Origin: Thermoproteota archaeon
GTDB lineage: Archaea; Asgardarchaeota; Jordiarchaeia; Jordiarchaeales; Freyrarchaeaceae
Assembly: GCA_029258835.1 (NCBI GenBank)
Contig: JAPDJY010000039.1
Location: forward strand, 99,615 to 163,614
Length of the DNA: 64,000 nucleotides
Direction of reading: 5' to 3'
This document shows positions 58,773 through 64,000 of this stretch, in pieces. A program made the position numbers and the translations under genes. Position 1 is the first letter of the stretch; every line of letters begins with the position of its first letter. The notes under the pieces are model-generated. The model saw only the letters and a list, made by a program, of their open reading frames with translations. It searched no databases and was not told the DNA's origin.

Positions 58773-59078
58773 ATGGTGAAAACATTGAGAATATACGTTT
58801 ACGACGTTAGGCCTGGAATGGCTAATGACCCTCGAAGGGTGAAGTTTTCTAAGGAGCTCTTCGGGTACAGCTATAAGTGGAGAAAAGGGAAGGACAAGAG
58901 AACCGTGATGAAGTATAAGTCAGGTCTTATAGATCTAGACGGGTGTGAAAGAGCAGGGGATAGCGCTATACTGGTTCCCGATGAGCATGTTAAAGAGTTT
59001 AATAGTTTATTTAGAAAGTATAATGACGTGATTAGGTGTCGAGTTTTCGTAGTTGAGAGGGAGGAAGTGATTTATTAG
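58773..59078 (+). CDS. Cas2/VapD-like small protein
   Basis: IYVYDV...RRVKFSKELFGY...RAGDSAILVP pattern resembles the Cas2/VapD ferredoxin-like fold. Confidence 0.55.
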   Translation: MVKTLRIYVYDVRPGMANDPRRVKFSKELFGYSYKWRKGKDKRTVMKYKSGLIDLDGCERAGDSAILVPDEHVKEFNSLFRKYNDVIRCRVFVVEREEVIY

Positions 59079-59426
59079 AACTTGTGTTCTAATTTCCAGT
59101 ATCAATGAAAGGCAAGCAACTCAAACACCCCTCTATTTCAACTGGAAGAAGTAAACTCCTTTAGGAGTATAAATAATAAACTTTTAGAATAAAACTCCTT
59201 CCCCAATAATAAATGGAGGAAGAATTATATAAATTTTTGCTGTAAAAGATTACACTACGTTTTTTCTTTTACAAACTCCCATATTTTTTCCAGTTGAAAT
59301 GAGGGGGTCTTCGTTAGAACTGTGAATTCGCTTCTTGATGTCCGATATCAATGTCAGATGTCGCTATTCTAACATGATTTCAGGTAAAGGTTTATAGGTC
59401 TCTCCCTAGATATTCTAATTTGACAG

Positions 59427-59789
59427 GTGGTTGGAGTGAGTGAAATTGATGAACTCGCAAAGGCCCTTGTAGAGGGCAATCATAAAAGGGCTCTTAGTGT
59501 AATTAGGGCTGTCTTGGAGGAGTCTAAGTTTAAGGATGAATGGGTTAAGCTCGCCTGGCGTGGATGGCTAGTGGGGCTTGAAAAGTTTAATTCTCTTTCT
59601 TTGATTGTTAGGTTATTGAATGGTGTTTCACCTGAGGATGTTAAGCGTTACATTAGTTACTTCGAATCTCTGTCTCGTACTGTTGCTGGAAACGTTCCTT
59701 CTAAAGTTGGCTTTGCTAAAGGCTACTTGAAGGTTTGGATCAACCTTTTGAACTCTTATGTTTCTTTTAAGCGTGATAAGTCGTCTTAG
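59427..59789 (+). CDS. Hypothetical alpha-helical protein
   Basis: 120-aa ORF with protein-like composition and a TTTATA box upstream. Confidence 0.7.
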   Translation: MVGVSEIDELAKALVEGNHKRALSVIRAVLEESKFKDEWVKLAWRGWLVGLEKFNSLSLIVRLLNGVSPEDVKRYISYFESLSRTVAGNVPSKVGFAKGYLKVWINLLNSYVSFKRDKSS

Positions 59790-60159
59790 AACATATGTTC
59801 TAAAGACTGTCTCTTACATGGAATATTGTTTTGGGAATGCGGAGGTATGCTGCCTGTATTTCTTATATTTATCCTTTTCTCCTTCGTGGGTTTTTCCTTT
59901 CCTCTCTTTCAGGGTATACTTTTTTGTAAACCTTCCTTTCTTGCTGCTTTCTTCCCTTGGGTTTCTTGATGTTTTTGCTGGATCCTCCTTCCTCTGCTTA
60001 TGGCCACGTGCTGCCTGGTTGGTGTTGTCCTCGTGTTACATGTATATTACAATGCTTTTTCTTTTGGCTTTCTGTTTCTGATTTTTGAGTTTGATTTCAG
60101 GTATCTGGTATCTGTGTTGGGTATCCGTGTTAGATATCGTTTGCTGATATCGTTAGGAG

Positions 60160-61224
60160 GTGGTTGGGGTGGAGAATGTTGGTGCGGTGGGTCGACTTTA
60201 CCCTTCTGTGGCCGAGGTGCGTAACTCATACTATGCTCTTTTTGGATGGCGTTGGAATCCGTTTTCTAGTGTTCGGCTGAGTGACCCTGAGCTTTTCGTG
60301 GCGCCTTACGATGTTGTGCTGGAGATCGATGACTACATTAAGGCTAGGGAGCGGCATATTTTGATAACTAGCAAGTCTCCTGGAATGGGTAAGACTACTC
60401 TTTTGGAGTTGATTTATGGTGACCTTCTGGAGCTTTCTAGGCGAGGTGACCCTGAGTACATGTTTTTCCCTGTTATGGTGAGTCAGAGTAAGCTTTACGT
60501 TAGGCAGATGGCTGAGGTTTTGGCTAGGAAGCTGAGGGTTCCTTACCCGCGTTCAGCCAATGCGGAGGACATTTACACCTTGATAAAGTATGACATTATG
60601 CTTCGTTACCTTTTGAGCAGGCATTTGACTTTGATTTTCATAGATGACTTTGGGGAGAATGATGTTGAGGTTTTCATTAAGGTTAAGGAAGTTGGGGATT
60701 TGACGTTGAAGGATGCTAAAAGGTTTGTTTTGGAGGAAGAGGACGAGTTTAAACGTTTCCTTAAGCTTAAAGGCTTGAAGCTTAGCGGCGAGGAACTGGC
60801 TAAGGTGAGGCGGATTGCTGAGGAGGGTGACGAAGACCAGATGATTTGCATGCTTATTTTGACCGGCACTAAGACTCATGTTATTGGCCTGAGGGAAGGG
60901 GTCCCTCACTTGTATGACCGGTGCTGGGAGGTGGAGCTTGAACCGCTGAGCGATGAGGGTGTTCGGGAGTTCATTGGTAGGCGGCTTTATTGGGCAAGTG
61001 GCAGGCTTAAGGAGTTCGACGAGTCTAATTTTGAAATTTACCCTTTCAAGGATGATGCTGTGCCTCTCCTGAGACGCAAGTCTAAGGGTGTTGGGCGAAG
61101 CCTCCGATTACTTTGTAATCAAGCGGTCTTCGTAGCTGCAAACCGTTTCAAGGATGGTGGAAGCCCGGAGATTGGGCGGGGTATTGTGGAGGTACTTCCG
61201 GATATTGAGGACGTTTCGGAGTAA
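60160..61224 (+). CDS. P-loop AAA ATPase (ExeA/AAA_22-like)
   Basis: Y..FGWRWNPFS, SPGMGKTT, LIFIDD, LILTGT, LEPLS..GVREFIGRRL, SKGVGRSLRLLC. Confidence 0.85.
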   Translation: MVGVENVGAVGRLYPSVAEVRNSYYALFGWRWNPFSSVRLSDPELFVAPYDVVLEIDDYIKARERHILITSKSPGMGKTTLLELIYGDLLELSRRGDPEYMFFPVMVSQSKLYVRQMAEVLARKLRVPYPRSANAEDIYTLIKYDIMLRYLLSRHLTLIFIDDFGENDVEVFIKVKEVGDLTLKDAKRFVLEEEDEFKRFLKLKGLKLSGEELAKVRRIAEEGDEDQMICMLILTGTKTHVIGLREGVPHLYDRCWEVELEPLSDEGVREFIGRRLYWASGRLKEFDESNFEIYPFKDDAVPLLRRKSKGVGRSLRLLCNQAVFVAANRFKDGGSPEIGRGIVEVLPDIEDVSE

Positions 61225-61275
61225 TTTGAAATCGACATCTGATATCGAAATCTTGTGTTAAATGCTGGTGAGAGG

Positions 61276-61737
61276 ATGACGCGGCTGGTTAACATAGCAA
61301 AGAAGGTTAGGGAGCAAGAGCGTTCTAAGAATGATTTCTCCTCTCCTACTTCCTCCCTCTCTTCCTCTGAAGGCTTCAGAGTTGCGGCTGCCCCCTCTCT
61401 AAGCCATGAGGCCTCCTCTCTTCCCTCAGATTCCTCTCAGGATGCGGGTTTTACTCCTATTCAAACTCCGGTTCGCATCGTGGAAAAGATTGTTTATGTT
61501 AGAAAGGATCCGAAGACGCGGCTGGATCAGAACTTTAATGTTCGAATGCCTGGCAGCTTTCTCCTGCTTTTGAAGAGGCGGTTTGGTGAGAGAGGTGCTA
61601 CTGTTTTCTGTAGGCTTGCAATTTTAGAGAAAATGAGGGGTGTTTTTGATGAATCCGAGTTGAAGGACATCGGTTTCTTTCAGCTTTTAGAGGAGCAGTA
61701 TGCGTTGTTCGAGAAGGCTAAGAGTAGGAGAGGTTGA
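61276..61737 (+). CDS. Ribbon-helix-helix protein with a long Ser-rich disordered N-terminal tail
   Basis: QNFNVRMP (strand), GSFLLLLKRRF (helix), G, ATVFCRLAILEKM (helix). Confidence 0.65.
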   Translation: MTRLVNIAKKVREQERSKNDFSSPTSSLSSSEGFRVAAAPSLSHEASSLPSDSSQDAGFTPIQTPVRIVEKIVYVRKDPKTRLDQNFNVRMPGSFLLLLKRRFGERGATVFCRLAILEKMRGVFDESELKDIGFFQLLEEQYALFEKAKSRRG

Positions 61738-62246
61738 TGTTGAGGTGTCCGGAAGTCGAGTTGGACGGCATTAAAAGTGCATTGCAAAGCGTTTTTAGTG
61801 ACCCTGTGGTGTCGCGGCTGCTTGCATCATCTAACCTGACCAAGATTCAGTTTGAAACGTTAATGATACATTTCTTGCTTGACGAGAATGTTGGTAGGCG
61901 GGTACGCTACTCTCTTAAGGGGCTTATGAGGTCTTCTAGGTTTCCTAGAGGTGGGCGGAAGCCGAAGTTTTCTCGGGGTGTCAGTAAGGGGGCTTTTAGG
62001 CGTGTGCTGGGTCAGGCTTGCAGGAACGTTATCAAGTCGATTTACACGCTTGTTCTTTTAGGCTACGTGGGTCTTCTCGATACGCCGAACCTGTTTCCAT
62101 ACCTTGAACTTTCGAACATAGTTTCCAGTTACCGTGAGCAGTTGGAGCGTGGAGACTTGCCTTTACACTTGAGGAAGTTGGAGGAAAGTTTGGTTAAAAT
62201 GATTGAGCAGTACGCGGAGCCTTTCAGACTGGTGAGCGCCATCTAG
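61734..62246 (+). CDS. Hypothetical HTH-like protein
   Basis: SNLTKIQFETL...GVSKGAFRRVLGQA...SIYTLVLLGYVG; overlaps the stop of the previous gene. Confidence 0.7.
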   Translation: MMLRCPEVELDGIKSALQSVFSDPVVSRLLASSNLTKIQFETLMIHFLLDENVGRRVRYSLKGLMRSSRFPRGGRKPKFSRGVSKGAFRRVLGQACRNVIKSIYTLVLLGYVGLLDTPNLFPYLELSNIVSSYREQLERGDLPLHLRKLEESLVKMIEQYAEPFRLVSAI

Positions 62247-64000
62247 CTTTCCATTGTTTTGCATGCTGCTACTATGGCTTGTCCTATGCTTACTCCTGCG
62301 TCTCCTGGTGGTATTTCTGAGTGTTGAAGGAAAACTAGGTTGTTTTCCTCGACGTAACGTTTAATTGTTTTCGTTATGGCTTCATTGTATGCTACGCCTC
62401 CCGTGAACCCTACGTACTTCACCCCTCTTTCTTGAGCTGCTTCTACGGCCATTTGCGCTAGTCCTAACGCTACTGCATGCTGGGCTGACGCAGCTAAGTC
62501 TTCAACCTTATGGCTTCCTTTAGCGTTCAGGACTTCTAATAGTATCTGTGTAGTATCTAAAACCTGTCTTCCATTCATTACGTATACTTCGGGTTTTATC
62601 TTGAGGGCTGGCTTCCCTCTTGTGGCTGCTGCCTCCAGCCTCATCGCTGGCTCTCCCTGATACGTTTTTTCCATGCATATCTTTAGGAGGGCTGCTACGG
62701 CGTCTAAAACCCGTCCAGTACTTGTCGTCAGGGGTGCTCTTCCACTCCTGAGCGTTTTTAAGATTAGTTCTACCTCTGTTTCCCCATACTTGAACCCTTC
62801 GATGTACTCTGACGTCAACATGTTTCTTAACTCATCTTCTGAGAGTGCTCGACTGAGAATTGCCGCCATCATCCTAGCCGGGTACTTGACTGCTAGGTCT
62901 CCTCCTGGCATGAGCTGTGGCGCTAAGTGTCCAAGTCTTTCAATTGAATTATAGTCTACCAGCAGAACTTCCCCCCCCCAAACTGTTCCATCGGTACCAT
63001 AGCCTACACCATCGCCTGCGATACATATTATCTGTTCATGCACTTTGTTTTCAGCCATTAGGGCTGCTGCATGGGCGTGGTGATGCTGAACTTTTATGAC
63101 GGGAACCCTCCATTTTTCACCGTATTCTTCCGCTATCCTCGTGGTTATGAACTGAGGGTGAAGGTCGCATGCTACGGCTTCCGGCTTCACATTAAATATT
63201 TTCAATAGATGATTGATGGTGTTTTCATGGAACTCTACTACGTCGAGGTCTCCTGAGATGTCCCCTATGTGTTGGCTGGCGAAGCACCTGTTCCCTTTCA
63301 TGACTGTTACTGTTACCGATAGCTCCGGACCTACCGCTAGAATTCCTTTCCCCTTGTATGGGATCTCCGTATCTATGGGTTCTGGGACATATCCTCTTGA
63401 CCTGCGTATTATCTTGGTTTTTCCGTCGACGAATCTTACTACGGAGTCGTCGCACCTTTGATATATTCCTCGGTTGTGGATTAAGAGGTAGTCTGCCAGC
63501 CGGGTTAAATGTGAGAAAATTTCTTTGTTGCTTGCAGCTATCGGCTTCCCTGAAACGTTTCCACTTGTCATGATGACTGCAGGGTCCGATATTTGGCGTA
63601 AAAGCAGAATGTGGATACCTGAGTATGGCAGCATTACGCCTATGTTGTGCAGCCCGGGGCTGATCCACTTTGAGAGGGGGAACTCGTCCCTTTTCTTGAG
63701 GAGAACTATGGGTCTCCTGAAAGATGTTAAAAGCTTCTCCTCCTCTTTGGTGACTTCTGCGTACTCCTTAACTTTCTCAATGTTAGGAGACATGACCGCG
63801 AAGGGCTTATACCTCCTATCTCTTTTCCTTTGTCGTAGCCTTAAGATGCAGTCGTCATCTGTGGTGAGGGCTGCTAGGTGGCTTCCGCCAATACCCTTTA
63901 TCGCCACTATGAATCCTTCATTTATCAGTTTGGCTGCTTCTGCTATTGGGTCCTTACACTCTATGATTTCCCCATTTACATTATGAATGCTCATCGTAGG
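62243..64000 (-). CDS. hypF: [NiFe]-hydrogenase maturation carbamoyltransferase HypF (5' part beyond window)
   Basis: IKGIGGSHL, KPFAVM, GVMLPY, MTSGN, CDDSV, CDLHP, QHHHAH, DGVGYG, PPGDAGVSIGQ. Confidence 0.96.
   Translation of the reverse strand, partial: PTMSIHNVNGEIIECKDPIAEAAKLINEGFIVAIKGIGGSHLAALTTDDDCILRLRQRKRDRRYKPFAVMSPNIEKVKEYAEVTKEEEKLLTSFRRPIVLLKKRDEFPLSKWISPGLHNIGVMLPYSGIHILLLRQISDPAVIMTSGNVSGKPIAASNKEIFSHLTRLADYLLIHNRGIYQRCDDSVVRFVDGKTKIIRRSRGYVPEPIDTEIPYKGKGILAVGPELSVTVTVMKGNRCFASQHIGDISGDLDVVEFHENTINHLLKIFNVKPEAVACDLHPQFITTRIAEEYGEKWRVPVIKVQHHHAHAAALMAENKVHEQIICIAGDGVGYGTDGTVWGGEVLLVDYNSIERLGHLAPQLMPGGDLAVKYPARMMAAILSRALSEDELRNMLTSEYIEGFKYGETEVELILKTLRSGRAPLTTSTGRVLDAVAALLKICMEKTYQGEPAMRLEAAATRGKPALKIKPEVYVMNGRQVLDTTQILLEVLNAKGSHKVEDLAASAQHAVALGLAQMAVEAAQERGVKYVGFTGGVAYNEAITKTIKRYVEENNLVFLQHSEIPPGDAGVSIGQAIVAACKTMES

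Larger units (their letters stand above)
57541..59307. other. Probable replication origin (oriC) with ORB boxes and AT-rich tracts
   Basis: ORB-like CTCCAGTGGAAACAGAGG (57541), TCCACTGGAAATCAAGG (58091), CTCCACTTGAAGCAAAGGGG (58601), TTCCAGTTGAAATAGAGGGG (minus, 59128-59147), TTCCAGTTGAAATGAGGGGG (59288-59307); next to cdc6; visible strand-skew switch. Confidence 0.88.
59337..61252. repeat. Three clusters of tandem GATRTC-like hexamer/heptamer repeats (59337-59363, 60093-60152, 61228-61252)
   Basis: GATGTCC-GATATCA-ATGTCA-GATGTCG; GATTTCA-GGTATCT-GGTATCT..GGTATCC..GATATCG..GATATCG; GAAATC-GACATCT-GATATC-GAAATC. Confidence 0.6.

Noticed and set aside
58289-59363. CRISPR array near the Cas2-like gene
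   Set aside because: There are no regularly spaced 25-40 nt repeats, only short palindromes and ORBs.
58125-60229. Low-complexity ORFs 58125-58382, 59758-60081, 60000-60224 and 60047-60229
   Set aside because: They are by-products of extreme strand skew in origin-flanking intergenic DNA, with no recognisable motifs.

Overview
This is a gene-dense archaeal chromosomal segment, most likely from an Asgard archaeon (inferred from a Rab-like GTPase, a MIT-Vps4 plus Vps25-like ESCRT pair and Elf1 alongside PolD and full-length Hef). It carries core informational genes (proteasome/exosome superoperon, class I LysRS, PheRS, RNase Z, Trm11, DnaG, DP1, Cdc6), a decayed IS605/tnpB element, and a probable replication origin with ORB boxes at about 57.5-59.3 kb. 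The main signal is heavy use of bulge-helix-bulge (BHB) introns. All three tRNA genes carry 2-3 introns at non-canonical positions (8 in total). Three protein-coding genes that look broken in the ORF track (Rab-like GTPase, dnaG, PflX-like radical SAM) each contain a 27-32 nt stop-containing BHB hairpin whose removal at the canonical bulge positions exactly restores the frame and a conserved motif, so they are candidate tRNA-type mRNA introns. Other leads are a -1 programmed frameshift signal that would fuse a MoxR AAA+ ATPase to a vWA protein, an origin-linked AAA ATPase/RHH module with repeated GATRTC-like sites, and a Vps25-like protein with MIM-like motifs next to Vps4. All family assignments come from motif recognition by eye, not database searches.
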